Source: a virus (taxonomy: Duplodnaviria > Caudoviricetes). Taken from it: DNA of 64,000 nt. Under the pieces are notes generated by a model. The model was not told the DNA's origin and did not search any database. It saw only the letters and a program-made list of their open reading frames with translations. The stretch covers positions 1-64,000 of IMG/VR virus record IMGVR_UViG_3300031992_000067; one strand, 5' to 3'. Shown here one piece after another: positions 45,430 to 54,224 of the stretch. Within the stretch, counting starts at the first letter, position 1, and each line of letters starts with the position of its first letter. Both the position numbers and the translations under genes were made by a program.

Positions 45430-45852
45430 ATGAGAATGTTTGAAAAGCTGAAAGTCGGCACGTCGTACAAGTACGTAACCGAAGACGAGCTGAAATACGC
45501 GAACGAGGTGTACTCACGGTACGCCGACTACGCGAAGGAACGAGGGTGCAAAGTGCGTACTCTGGCAGAGTTTCTGCTGGAAAACGTTGAGCGCGACCAG
45601 TTGGACAGCTTCATCTGGGACAAGGGGCAACTGGTTAAGACATCGGACGGCAAACTGGGTATGACCACCGGATGGACACGTATAGGATTCGGCACGTCGC
45701 ATTTCGCCGTGTCAGTCAAGACGGCTAACGGGAATGTATCGTATCTGGCGGACGCCCTTACCAAGGCTGATGTGCCACCGGAGGTTCTCGAATACGTCAA
45801 GTCGACACTGCAGGACAAGGTACACGACAAGGTGGACGAGGCGTTCCAGTAG
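45430..45852 (+). CDS. Hypothetical protein
   Basis: SD AAGGAGG. Confidence 0.75.
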   Translation: MRMFEKLKVGTSYKYVTEDELKYANEVYSRYADYAKERGCKVRTLAEFLLENVERDQLDSFIWDKGQLVKTSDGKLGMTTGWTRIGFGTSHFAVSVKTANGNVSYLADALTKADVPPEVLEYVKSTLQDKVHDKVDEAFQ

Positions 45853-46127
45853 TGTACGACACGTTTCTGGTGAGGTGCTCCGGGTGCCGCAAGTGGCACC
45901 CGTACACCTCTTCGCCGATGATACGTGACGACCTGTGGAAACGAGTCTCCAACGAGCACTGGAACGGTGACGCATACGTGCGCGAAATCCTGTGCCTCGA
46001 GTGCATGGAGACAAGGCTCCGCAGGAAGGTTACGCCGAAGGACTTCGGGATGTATGACGGGTCGTACCACAACGACATGTTCATGAAGAACTACTATAAG
46101 AAGAACCATGAAACATCCAAGGCTTAA
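45852..46127 (+). CDS. Small zinc-finger protein
   Basis: CSGC...MIRDDLWK...LCLECMETRL.R. Confidence 0.65.
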   Translation: MYDTFLVRCSGCRKWHPYTSSPMIRDDLWKRVSNEHWNGDAYVREILCLECMETRLRRKVTPKDFGMYDGSYHNDMFMKNYYKKNHETSKA

Positions 46128-46347
46128 AAAGGAATACGCCGGGTGCTACACGTACACCGGAAACGAACACGTCTACAGAATCAGCGAGACCTACGACACC
46201 GGGGTGCACCAGCGGGTGTGGCGCGTGCTGTACAAGCCTGGAACGGTGTTCAGGTTAAGGTTCAAGGCCGTCTCGTTGAAGGAGGCGGTAAAGATTCTGG
46301 ACGAAACTGACGGAGGTTACAATAATGAATGTGACAATCAACATTGA
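46108..46347 (+). CDS. Hypothetical protein
   Basis: 79 aa. Confidence 0.6.
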   Translation: MKHPRLKKEYAGCYTYTGNEHVYRISETYDTGVHQRVWRVLYKPGTVFRLRFKAVSLKEAVKILDETDGGYNNECDNQH

Positions 46348-46735
46348 CGACGACACGCTGTCGGACCTTATCAAGAAGGGCATCGCGGGGCTGTCTGAGG
46401 CAACTATCGGAACCATTGCCAAGGAGGCGGTGGAGCGTGCGTTCTCCGACAAGGAGGTCGTAGAAGGCCTCCTTTTCAAGAAGGAGAGCGGATGGGGTGG
46501 CACCACGCAGCTGGAACTTCGTAGCGGCATCGTTGACATGCTCATGAAGTCATTCAATGACGAAGACCTTGCGAGGTATCGAAAGCTCATGCTCGATACG
46601 CTGGACGAAAAAGGAGGAGACCTTGTCATCGACGCGCTTTCGAGGACGCTTGCCAGAAAGCTGTTCGATGAACAGTATGGACTTATAAATGACGTGTACA
46701 ACGAGCTTCGGGCTACAATGGAGGGAAGACGATGA
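46325..46735 (+). CDS. Hypothetical protein
   Basis: SD GGAGG. Confidence 0.75.
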   Translation: MNVTINIDDDTLSDLIKKGIAGLSEATIGTIAKEAVERAFSDKEVVEGLLFKKESGWGGTTQLELRSGIVDMLMKSFNDEDLARYRKLMLDTLDEKGGDLVIDALSRTLARKLFDEQYGLINDVYNELRATMEGRR

Positions 46736-47028
46736 CGCTGTATGCGGTTTCATTGACAACGTTCGACAAGGTGTCGAACAGGTTCAGCAACGTTGAGCCG
46801 GACATCTGCGTGAAGCAGGACGAGGCCATTGATCTTGCCAACTACATGATCAATAACGAAGTCAGCCGGCATCTGGACACAGACCCGAGAGACGCCGCCG
46901 GGTATGCAGACGCCATAGCCCGCATACACCATGTGACCAGTGTGTGCTATGGAAAGTTCCACAGGGACAGCACCTACATAGACGACGAAATGGCTGTTAT
47001 AGCAGCAGTTCAGGAAACGGAGGTATAA
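46732..47028 (+). CDS. Hypothetical protein
   Basis: ATGA coupling. Confidence 0.7.
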   Translation: MTLYAVSLTTFDKVSNRFSNVEPDICVKQDEAIDLANYMINNEVSRHLDTDPRDAAGYADAIARIHHVTSVCYGKFHRDSTYIDDEMAVIAAVQETEV

Positions 47029-47029
47029 C

Positions 47030-47257
47030 ATGACACACGACCAAGTCAACGCCTGGGAGAAGAAGCTGCGCGACGCCCAGAAACTGGTAGAGGAGGCCGG
47101 CCAGGACATCTGCAGCGTCCGCGGCATGGCGGATGTGTGGAGCCTGTGCAACACCACGTCCGAGCTCATTTCTCAGATCATCGGGCAGCAGCACCGTCTG
47201 CGCCCGTACAACGGGCCGGAGGACTGCCCGAATAACGAGGAGCTGAACAATGGCTGA
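47030..47257 (+). CDS. Hypothetical protein
   Basis: SD GGAGG. Confidence 0.7.
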   Translation: MTHDQVNAWEKKLRDAQKLVEEAGQDICSVRGMADVWSLCNTTSELISQIIGQQHRLRPYNGPEDCPNNEELNNG

Positions 47258-47456
47258 CGTGGTTCTGCAGCCGCTTCAGCGGAGCTCGGTCCAGCTGGCC
47301 GACAGCATAGCCCAGCTCACCGGAAGGCTCAACAAGCTCAAGGCGGAAAAGAAGTCCCTGGTGAAGGACTACAACGACCGCATCAAGGACCTTGAAGCAG
47401 AGATCGACGGCGAGCAGCGCCAGTACGACCTGATGAAGGCGAAGGAGGAGGCATGA
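47250..47456 (+). CDS. Coiled-coil hypothetical protein
   Basis: LKAEKKSLVKDYNDRIKDLE. Confidence 0.7.
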   Translation: MADVVLQPLQRSSVQLADSIAQLTGRLNKLKAEKKSLVKDYNDRIKDLEAEIDGEQRQYDLMKAKEEA

Positions 47457-47701
47457 GTGACTGTTTTTGGCCAGGATTCGTGATGGGGGCCATTACGACG
47501 GGTTTCATAGCGTTTCTCGTCCTTTGCATCGTATCAAAGGAGACAGGGTCGTCCGTGATGGCGACAGGGTACTGGCAGCCACGTGTGCACAGGGTCTACG
47601 TCGGAGACAACCTGTGGGTGAGTGACTTCACGTATGACGTGTCACCGTCAAACGCGCTTGTCACGGTGAAGTTCGCGCCGAAGAACGAGGTTGCGAAATG
47701 A
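47453..47701 (+). CDS. Single-TM hypothetical protein
   Basis: FWPGFVMGAITTGFIAFLVLCIV. Confidence 0.7.
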   Translation: MSDCFWPGFVMGAITTGFIAFLVLCIVSKETGSSVMATGYWQPRVHRVYVGDNLWVSDFTYDVSPSNALVTVKFAPKNEVAK

Positions 47702-47946
47702 CATTCACATACGACACGACTCCGACGAAGTTCCTGTACAGGTTCAACCTCGACCACGCCGTGATACAGGACTTCATAGACAGGCTCGAAAATTCATCGT
47801 TCTCGGACGAGGAGTTCGACGAGTACGCGTCCGACGAGTGGGACTACGAGTGCGACGAAAGCGCGTTCTACGACTGGATCAGATTTGACTCTGACAAGAT
47901 ATTCCGCGGGATGGAGGAACGTTATGGGAAAAAAGAGCGCTCATGA
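47698..47946 (+). CDS. Acidic hypothetical protein
   Basis: ATGA coupling. Confidence 0.7.
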   Translation: MTFTYDTTPTKFLYRFNLDHAVIQDFIDRLENSSFSDEEFDEYASDEWDYECDESAFYDWIRFDSDKIFRGMEERYGKKERS

Positions 47947-48280
47947 CGAACCTGGTTACACGATGGAGCCGAAAGCCATGGGGGCCAAAGGATGCGACGT
48001 GTGCGGACGCACCGGCATAGAAGGCAAGTGGGGAGTGGTTTACTCATCCACCGTTGACAAGAAAAAGCTTCACGCGTGCCTGGAATGCTTTGCTCACCGC
48101 CACCTGCCATTACTGCAGGATCAGTGGAAAAAGGCCGTCGACAAGGCTTTTCCGAATCTGGTACAATACTGGGCCGACAAGCCAAAGGAGGAGGACAATG
48201 ATGAAAAGCAAGAAGGAACCGAAGGAACAGAAACAAAAGAAGACAAGAAAGACTGGCAAGACGGGCACCGCGAAGACTGA
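47924..48280 (+). CDS. Zinc-finger hypothetical protein
   Basis: CDVC...CLEC; ATG 47924 after GGAGG. Confidence 0.65.
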   Translation: MGKKSAHDEPGYTMEPKAMGAKGCDVCGRTGIEGKWGVVYSSTVDKKKLHACLECFAHRHLPLLQDQWKKAVDKAFPNLVQYWADKPKEEDNDEKQEGTEGTETKEDKKDWQDGHRED

Positions 48281-48590
48281 TCAGCCCGACGATGTGCAGC
48301 AGCTGATTACCGAGGAGTTCAAGCGAAGCCAAAGAATGGAGTCGCTTCTGCTTGAAATCCGCAACCTGCTAAACGAGATCCGCGACAATCAGGTCAAATG
48401 GCCGTTCAAGATGCATGACCACGACTACAATGACAAGCGTGGCTGGGACAGGAACACCACGCCTCCAGACGATCCGCCCGCTAGGCACTGGCCTTCGCAT
48501 ACGCCGGGCACACCGGGGTGGCCTACGGACATCTGGGGTAACCCGTTGCCGTACGCCGTGTACTGCGGCTGCAATGAAAGGAAGAGATAA
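48198..48590 (+). CDS. Hypothetical protein
   Basis: ATG 48198 after GGAGGAGG. Confidence 0.65.
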   Translation: MMKSKKEPKEQKQKKTRKTGKTGTAKTDQPDDVQQLITEEFKRSQRMESLLLEIRNLLNEIRDNQVKWPFKMHDHDYNDKRGWDRNTTPPDDPPARHWPSHTPGTPGWPTDIWGNPLPYAVYCGCNERKR

Positions 48591-48592
48591 CC

Positions 48593-49030
48593 ATGGCAAC
48601 ACTCGACGAAAAGGTAAAAGACTACCTAACTGGAAAGACGGTTGTTCCAGAGGGCAAAAAGACCGTTCTCTGCCAGGTGTGCGGCTTGTTTGAACCTAAA
48701 AGCATCGTATACGACGGGTCAATAGAGTCAGTGCTTTGCGACAAGTGCCTTAACCAATCTAAAAGGGATGGCCTGGCATACTTGATGTGCAGAAAGTGTG
48801 GTAAGTTTCTCGGATTCTACAAGCCAGGCGTGGTGAAACTGGAGTCTGGCGTGCGGGTGCTGGTAGAGCCGGGTGACACCCTTCATACCGAATGGTGCGG
48901 CCACTGCAATCCGAACGAGCCAAGGGCTGACGTGTCCGAGTTTAAAGACATCATGAAGATGAAGCACCTTGAGGCGGTAAAGGACTCAATAGTCGACCGG
49001 GGCAAGGAGCTCAAGGTGGAGGGTGTATAA
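48593..49030 (+). CDS. Multi-CxxC zinc-binding protein
   Basis: CQVC, CDKC, CRKC, CGHC. Confidence 0.75.
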   Translation: MATLDEKVKDYLTGKTVVPEGKKTVLCQVCGLFEPKSIVYDGSIESVLCDKCLNQSKRDGLAYLMCRKCGKFLGFYKPGVVKLESGVRVLVEPGDTLHTEWCGHCNPNEPRADVSEFKDIMKMKHLEAVKDSIVDRGKELKVEGV

Positions 49031-49629
49031 TGGCCAAGGCAAACTGGCAGAAGCGCGCAGAGGTCTACGCCGGCGACGTAAAGCGCAACAAGGAGGAGGA
49101 CTTCACGGCCAGAAGGCTGCTGCGTGGCCTGGGGTGGACGGAGCGGGGCCTCCCGCTCCTCTGCTCACAGCTGGGAATGGAGTTCGACCCTGAAGTCCCG
49201 ACGCTGACGACCGTCATAGACGTGCTGGACTCACTGTCCGGAGGGTGGTTCTCCCCGGCGTCTCCGTACCGGCGTTTCATCATCGACACCAGGACGCTTC
49301 CAAAGACAAGGGCCGGCTGGGACAACCCGGCCGTGCAGGCCTTGGCGCATATGGCCGGTAGTATGCCGGTTGGCAATGGTGTGATCGTGGTGTCCAAGGT
49401 GGACGACACCGCTGGCGGAGCCAAGTGCATGGCCACTGTGTTCTTGCACGACAGCTACTGCGTCGAGAACATTCCGAAGTGGCTGCTGATGCCGGTGTCG
49501 GTGATCAAGGCACGCGTAGGCGGTGGAATGGTGTCCGTATGGACAAGGGATGCCGAGGAACTTATACGGGATATGGCCGTCGTTCATGACTGGCCAATCC
49601 CGGAAAGGAGCGAGAATAACAATGCCTAA
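49030..49629 (+). CDS. Hypothetical protein
   Basis: TAATG coupling. Confidence 0.75.
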   Translation: MAKANWQKRAEVYAGDVKRNKEEDFTARRLLRGLGWTERGLPLLCSQLGMEFDPEVPTLTTVIDVLDSLSGGWFSPASPYRRFIIDTRTLPKTRAGWDNPAVQALAHMAGSMPVGNGVIVVSKVDDTAGGAKCMATVFLHDSYCVENIPKWLLMPVSVIKARVGGGMVSVWTRDAEELIRDMAVVHDWPIPERSENNNA

Positions 49630-50221
49630 TTTTGTAATGTGCAACTGCACGATTACCGGTCCTGCCGAGTCTAAATGCCGATTCGTTGACGCGGGATACT
49701 TCAAGAACAACGACAATGGATACGAGTACATGGACTTCGACATGATCGTGCCGCAGCCGCGCACCGCTAGCGAATGTCCTCCTGAATACGTGGTTAACCA
49801 GAACAGACCCGGAATTGAGCTGGAAAAGGACAGGCCGTGGTTCAACTGGTACAAGTGGAACTGTGACAACTGGGGTACGAAGTGGACCGGTGAAACAGTG
49901 TGTAAGCCGCATGACTCCGATGATGGTTCAAGCACCATGTTCACGATGCAAACCGCGTGGAGCTTTCCTGCTCCAGTAGTCGCCAAACTCGGACAGCTAT
50001 ACCCTGATCTTACGTTCAAGTGGACATACGCCGACGAGGACATCGGTCACAATTGCGGGGAGGTTACCGTGCACGGCGACAACTTCGAGTTCACTGACCG
50101 GGAGGGGGATTGCAAGTTCGCGTGCGAAGCATTCGGGTACAACTATGAAGAGTTCAAAGCGGGCTTGGACGACTGCGATGAGTATGAATCGGAGAATGGG
50201 AACCCGGATGAAAAGCAGTAA
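49622..50221 (+). CDS. DUF1281/YubB ferredoxin-like-domain protein
   Basis: WYKWNCDNWGTKW, QTAWSFP, YPDLTFKWTYADED.G.NCG. Confidence 0.75.
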   Translation: MPNFVMCNCTITGPAESKCRFVDAGYFKNNDNGYEYMDFDMIVPQPRTASECPPEYVVNQNRPGIELEKDRPWFNWYKWNCDNWGTKWTGETVCKPHDSDDGSSTMFTMQTAWSFPAPVVAKLGQLYPDLTFKWTYADEDIGHNCGEVTVHGDNFEFTDREGDCKFACEAFGYNYEEFKAGLDDCDEYESENGNPDEKQ

Positions 50222-50417
50222 AACTGCAAAAGTGCGCACTAAGTGCTACGACAAGGAACGTGAATGGCCGTCCAGGCAGGCGGCCATTGACTTTTTCACG
50301 GAGGGAATGTGGTCCTGCGACCCCAACTCCTCCGAACACGAACGCTACGCGACAATAGTCGCCAAACTTGAGTCAGGTGCGGATTACGCCACCGACGAAT
50401 ACTGGGAGACGGAATGA
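50208..50417 (+). CDS. Hypothetical protein
   Basis: VRTKCYDKEREW..RQAAIDFF.EGM..C..SEHERY..I. Confidence 0.65.
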   Translation: MKSSKTAKVRTKCYDKEREWPSRQAAIDFFTEGMWSCDPNSSEHERYATIVAKLESGADYATDEYWETE

Positions 50418-50770
50418 CTGTTTTAAGCAAACCAAAGGACGACAATGTCAAGGCCGCAAAGCTGAGGCCGGTGTGGGTTGTTGCCAACGTCTACCTTGAA
50501 CGTGACAACGACAACAATCTCGTGACATGCGGAGTGGTGTGCAAGTCACTCAAGGAGGCCAAGGACATTGCATTCGAGAAGGCCCAGGGCCTTCTGGAGG
50601 TCATGAACGAGGACATGCGGTTCAATGGCATGCCTGAGGTCAGGTTCGACGAGGCCTGGCGCCGCGTTGACCACTATGACGGGATTGAGCAGGAATACGG
50701 CTACGACCCTGTCGACGGACGTGTTTCATACGCCTCCATCCGAGTGTTCAAATGCGAAGTGGTGAAATGA
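50414..50770 (+). CDS. Hypothetical protein
   Basis: ATGA coupling. Confidence 0.7.
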   Translation: MTVLSKPKDDNVKAAKLRPVWVVANVYLERDNDNNLVTCGVVCKSLKEAKDIAFEKAQGLLEVMNEDMRFNGMPEVRFDEAWRRVDHYDGIEQEYGYDPVDGRVSYASIRVFKCEVVK

Positions 50771-50813
50771 AGGACCGTTCTAGATCTGGTTGAGACGATG
50801 GAGAAGAGCTCAA

Positions 50814-51356
50814 ATGATCACTGAAAAGGAGGAGAACCTCGTAAACGAGATATTCGACGAGGGAAGCCGCAAGTACAACGAGAAGCTGGCTGTACTGGCC
50901 GACGTGATCGGCTGCGACGTGGGTCTGGCACTTGACCGCTGCAGCTACATCGGCAGGTGGCTGATTGAAAACGAGTCAAAATACCGGTGCGAGTTCAAGA
51001 GGCACGGCCTCGCCGTCAGGAACACCGACGATGACGGAACGACGTTCACCATGCACGGCAACTACGGTTCCGGCGGAGACAGCCCAGTTGTATTCCACGT
51101 TCACTGGTATAGGGTCTGCGGCGACGTGAACGCAGTTCACTACATGCATCCTAGCGAGGAGCGAACACGGTTCAAACATACAGCCGAAGACGCCGTGGAC
51201 TCTGTTGCCGGTACGTTGAGAAACATAACGATGTGGACTCTGCTGGCGGCCAAGTACAAGGCCATCAAGGCGGACGTCGACGACATCGAGGTCAAGAAGT
51301 CTGACGCAAGGGTCGAGAAGGCCATGCACCAGCTGGAGCTGCTGAGGAAGCTATGA
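50814..51356 (+). CDS. Hypothetical protein (paralogue of 42569-43144)
   Basis: C-terminus KAMHQLELLRKL. Confidence 0.75.
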   Translation: MITEKEENLVNEIFDEGSRKYNEKLAVLADVIGCDVGLALDRCSYIGRWLIENESKYRCEFKRHGLAVRNTDDDGTTFTMHGNYGSGGDSPVVFHVHWYRVCGDVNAVHYMHPSEERTRFKHTAEDAVDSVAGTLRNITMWTLLAAKYKAIKADVDDIEVKKSDARVEKAMHQLELLRKL

Positions 51357-51709
51357 GCGACACGGCAGAAAACCACAAGGTCCTGCAGAAGTTCACGACC
51401 CAGGATCTCTTCAACGAGCTCTGGGCCCGCGACGACGTGGCCGCGATTAAGATGTGGACCCGCACCGACATATTCGAGCAGGCCGCGGACCTGGTATCAG
51501 ACTTATACCCGGAGCTTATGGACGACCTCGACGAAATCGTCGACATAGCCATGTCCGGCGACTACGACTATCTCAAGGACTGCACCGACGCGGAATGGGA
51601 CCACATCGCCAGCCAGATAATCGAGGCGGCCCAGGAAGTGCAGAAGGAGAGGGACGAGGAAAACGAGAAGAAGGAGGAAAACGATGGCGACTGCAAAGAA
51701 GAACAATGA
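51353..51709 (+). CDS. Acidic hypothetical protein
   Basis: ATGA coupling. Confidence 0.7.
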   Translation: MSDTAENHKVLQKFTTQDLFNELWARDDVAAIKMWTRTDIFEQAADLVSDLYPELMDDLDEIVDIAMSGDYDYLKDCTDAEWDHIASQIIEAAQEVQKERDEENEKKEENDGDCKEEQ

Positions 51710-52061
51710 GATGATGGAGGTAGATGTCGGGATGAGGTTCGGCCTCATCGAGGACAAGGACCTCGCGGAACGCGCCGTATACGGCACTCGTGCGATTCTC
51801 GACAAGGTCGACAGGGGGTACAGGATCTCGTTCGTGCCGGGGCGCACAAGCGTCAAGGGGTACACGAAGGACCTGGACAAGATGGAGAAGTTCCTGAACA
51901 AGGCCTCCACGAAGAAGGAGATCAACAAGTTCGCGAGCAAGGTGGGGACAATGTCCCGCGAGAAGCTCGAGCTGTGGTCCCCGGACGGCTTCAGGCTGAC
52001 CGCGACCCCTAACGGCTCCGGGGGCTACATCTACGTGAAGATGGTGTGGCCGGAGGACTAG
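51684..52061 (+). CDS. Hypothetical protein
   Basis: SD AAGGAGG. Confidence 0.75.
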   Translation: MATAKKNNEMMEVDVGMRFGLIEDKDLAERAVYGTRAILDKVDRGYRISFVPGRTSVKGYTKDLDKMEKFLNKASTKKEINKFASKVGTMSREKLELWSPDGFRLTATPNGSGGYIYVKMVWPED

Positions 52062-52063
52062 GC

Positions 52064-52417
52064 ATGACGAGGAAGCAGTACCTCGAAAAATGCATACCCG
52101 TGTTTGAGTACTATCTCGAGGGAATGCAGAATGACGGCGTCATGGCCGTGGCCAACGCGTTCGACATCGCCGTGGTCAAGGAAGTTCTGTTCCGACTAAA
52201 CTACGACGCCGACGACAAGGACGACGAAGTCCCGGAGTTCGCCGAGATGACTCCGGAGTTCTTCCTGCAGGACATCCTCAACATGTGCGAGGACTGGGAC
52301 AACATTGGCGAGATTTTCGTCAATGACTGCGGTCAGGGCTACGAGACATATTGCCAGATTGTCAAGACCGCCGGAAAAGACTGGGAGGCAAGAGGTGAAG
52401 AAGACGAAGAAGGTTAA
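52064..52417 (+). CDS. Acidic hypothetical protein
   Basis: ATG 52064 after GGAGG. Confidence 0.7.
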   Translation: MTRKQYLEKCIPVFEYYLEGMQNDGVMAVANAFDIAVVKEVLFRLNYDADDKDDEVPEFAEMTPEFFLQDILNMCEDWDNIGEIFVNDCGQGYETYCQIVKTAGKDWEARGEEDEEG

Positions 52418-52940
52418 AGAGCCGGTCCATGCCGGCAACGCGTGCTCAGTTGTATGCGCCTTTCAGGGCGTTCCATGCTCAATCGACGTATACGAGAACG
52501 AGAAGCAGGCAATCAAGGCATATCACAGGCGCGTCGACATTCATGCCGAAATCAAGAGACGCGAGCTGGGCCGCGACGAGAACATGAGGGAGGAGTGGAA
52601 TGACAGGAGCCGCGTGAAGACATCGTGCTCCGGGCTTCCGCATTGCGTGTTCGATGACGGCTACGGAATCGCGGTTGTCAGGGGCCCGATGTACACGACG
52701 ATGAAGGCGACGATGCCTTTCGTTGCGGTGAACTATGATGACGGTCGGTTGAACGTTGTTGGATTCGAGGATACCGCAAAGGCATATGAGACATACGACA
52801 CGATACTCAAGTCGCATGACGGCTCCGACATCCAGGAGATGGAGGACGGAGCGTACAAGGCGTTCTCGACTGACGAGATCTCAGTGGCGGTGGGAATCGC
52901 GGACGTGGTGGCGAGGGGCGACGAATGCCGGCTGGTGTAG
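52395..52940 (+). CDS. Hypothetical protein
   Basis: Probable GTG 52395. Confidence 0.65.
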   Translation: MKKTKKVKEPVHAGNACSVVCAFQGVPCSIDVYENEKQAIKAYHRRVDIHAEIKRRELGRDENMREEWNDRSRVKTSCSGLPHCVFDDGYGIAVVRGPMYTTMKATMPFVAVNYDDGRLNVVGFEDTAKAYETYDTILKSHDGSDIQEMEDGAYKAFSTDEISVAVGIADVVARGDECRLV

Positions 52941-52957
52941 GCGTAACATCCGCGGTC

Positions 52958-53179
52958 ATGATGGGGCCGGCGGCGTTCGAGGACGAGCTGATGAAGCTGT
53001 GGAACGCCCAGCGGGAGCTCACCGACAGGATCGGCGGCCTGCTGGACGTCTGCGGGTTCAAGTCCGAGGAGTACGTCGACTGGCTTAACGACTACTGCCT
53101 CGGCGAGAACGAGCAGATAGAGAGGCTGGTGGACATGTACAATGAGAAGTACGAGAAGGAGTCTGAGAAATGTCAATAG
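52958..53179 (+). CDS. Hypothetical protein
   Basis: 73 aa acidic ORF. Confidence 0.6.
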   Translation: MMGPAAFEDELMKLWNAQRELTDRIGGLLDVCGFKSEEYVDWLNDYCLGENEQIERLVDMYNEKYEKESEKCQ

Positions 53180-53505
53180 GGGCATGGGTGCTGGCATATC
53201 TAGTGGTTGGCGTTGTCACGGCGTTCGTGATCATGTTCCTTTCGAGACTGCTGTCATGTGACGTGGACTCGGTGTTCATACCGGCGTTCGTAGTGATGTG
53301 GCCGCTCTGCATGCTATTCGGCATTCTGTTCCTGTTCGTCTCTTTGATAGAGAACGCGGCAAATAAGGCTGCCGACGCGTTCGAGGACTGGCGTAACAAT
53401 GCCAGATACAAGGCACGTGAACGGGAACGTGAAATCGAGCTCGAGCAGACCACCAGACGAATGGAGGAGGCGCGGGCAAGAAGAGCGGCAAGGGAGGCGA
53501 AATGA
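53170..53505 (+). CDS. Two-TM membrane protein (paralogue of 57939-58292)
   Basis: WVLAYLVVG...MWPL. Confidence 0.7.
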   Translation: MSIGAWVLAYLVVGVVTAFVIMFLSRLLSCDVDSVFIPAFVVMWPLCMLFGILFLFVSLIENAANKAADAFEDWRNNARYKAREREREIELEQTTRRMEEARARRAAREAK

Positions 53506-53864
53506 ACTGGCAAGTGACATTGGTGCTGATGCTGGCCGGTCACCTTGTGGCGGACTACACGCTGCAGGGGTTGCTGATCGACTTGAAGCAGAAGTCGTGG
53601 TGGTTCAAGATCTGCAACGGAAACCTGCCTGACAAGTACAGGTATGACTACATCGCGGCTCTTGTGTGCCACTCGCTGTACTGGAGCATATTCGTGTGCT
53701 CCGTGTTCTACAAGTCGAGCCTGTTCCTTGCGGCTATAGCGGTGAACACGTTGGTTCACGCCGTTGTCGACGATCTCAAGGCCAACAGGATGAAGATAAA
53801 CCTGATTGCCGACCAGCTGCTGCACCTATCGCAGATTCTGGTCACGTTCTCAGTGCTTAACTAA
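53502..53864 (+). CDS. DUF3307-family membrane protein
   Basis: GHLVADYTLQ...HAVVDDLKAN..IN..DQLLH. Confidence 0.8.
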   Translation: MNWQVTLVLMLAGHLVADYTLQGLLIDLKQKSWWFKICNGNLPDKYRYDYIAALVCHSLYWSIFVCSVFYKSSLFLAAIAVNTLVHAVVDDLKANRMKINLIADQLLHLSQILVTFSVLN

Positions 53865-53873
53865 GGAGAAGCT

Positions 53874-54224
53874 ATGGCAGGAAAAAAGGTACCGAAATCA
53901 ATGACGCTGCAGGAAATGCGCGACGATGCCGAGATGCGACTCAAGCAGGGAATGGACCCCGATGCCGAAGTCGTAATTCTCGGTAATGGGCACACGGCCC
54001 GTATTATCGCTACAACGCCTATTCGCGGCAAGTTGCATCTGCATCGTTCAAACGAGCGTAATTGCGACAGGTTCGCCAAGGGTATGGATGCTGTAAGGGC
54101 ATTCGCCGACGAAATTGGAGAAACGCTTAACGGACCTGAAGATGTGTTTGCAAACTTCAGGAATTTTGTGGACTGGCTTTACAAGAAGCCGTCAAAACGC
54201 AGAGCTAAGAAGGGAGCGAAGTGA
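53874..54224 (+). CDS. Hypothetical basic protein
   Basis: SD AAGGAG. Confidence 0.7.
   Translation: MAGKKVPKSMTLQEMRDDAEMRLKQGMDPDAEVVILGNGHTARIIATTPIRGKLHLHRSNERNCDRFAKGMDAVRAFADEIGETLNGPEDVFANFRNFVDWLYKKPSKRRAKKGAK

Noticed and set aside
47924-48280. Programmed frameshift at the 83-nt overlap with 48198-48590
   Set aside because: The downstream gene has its own strong SD and ATG; no slippery heptamer with a stimulator seen
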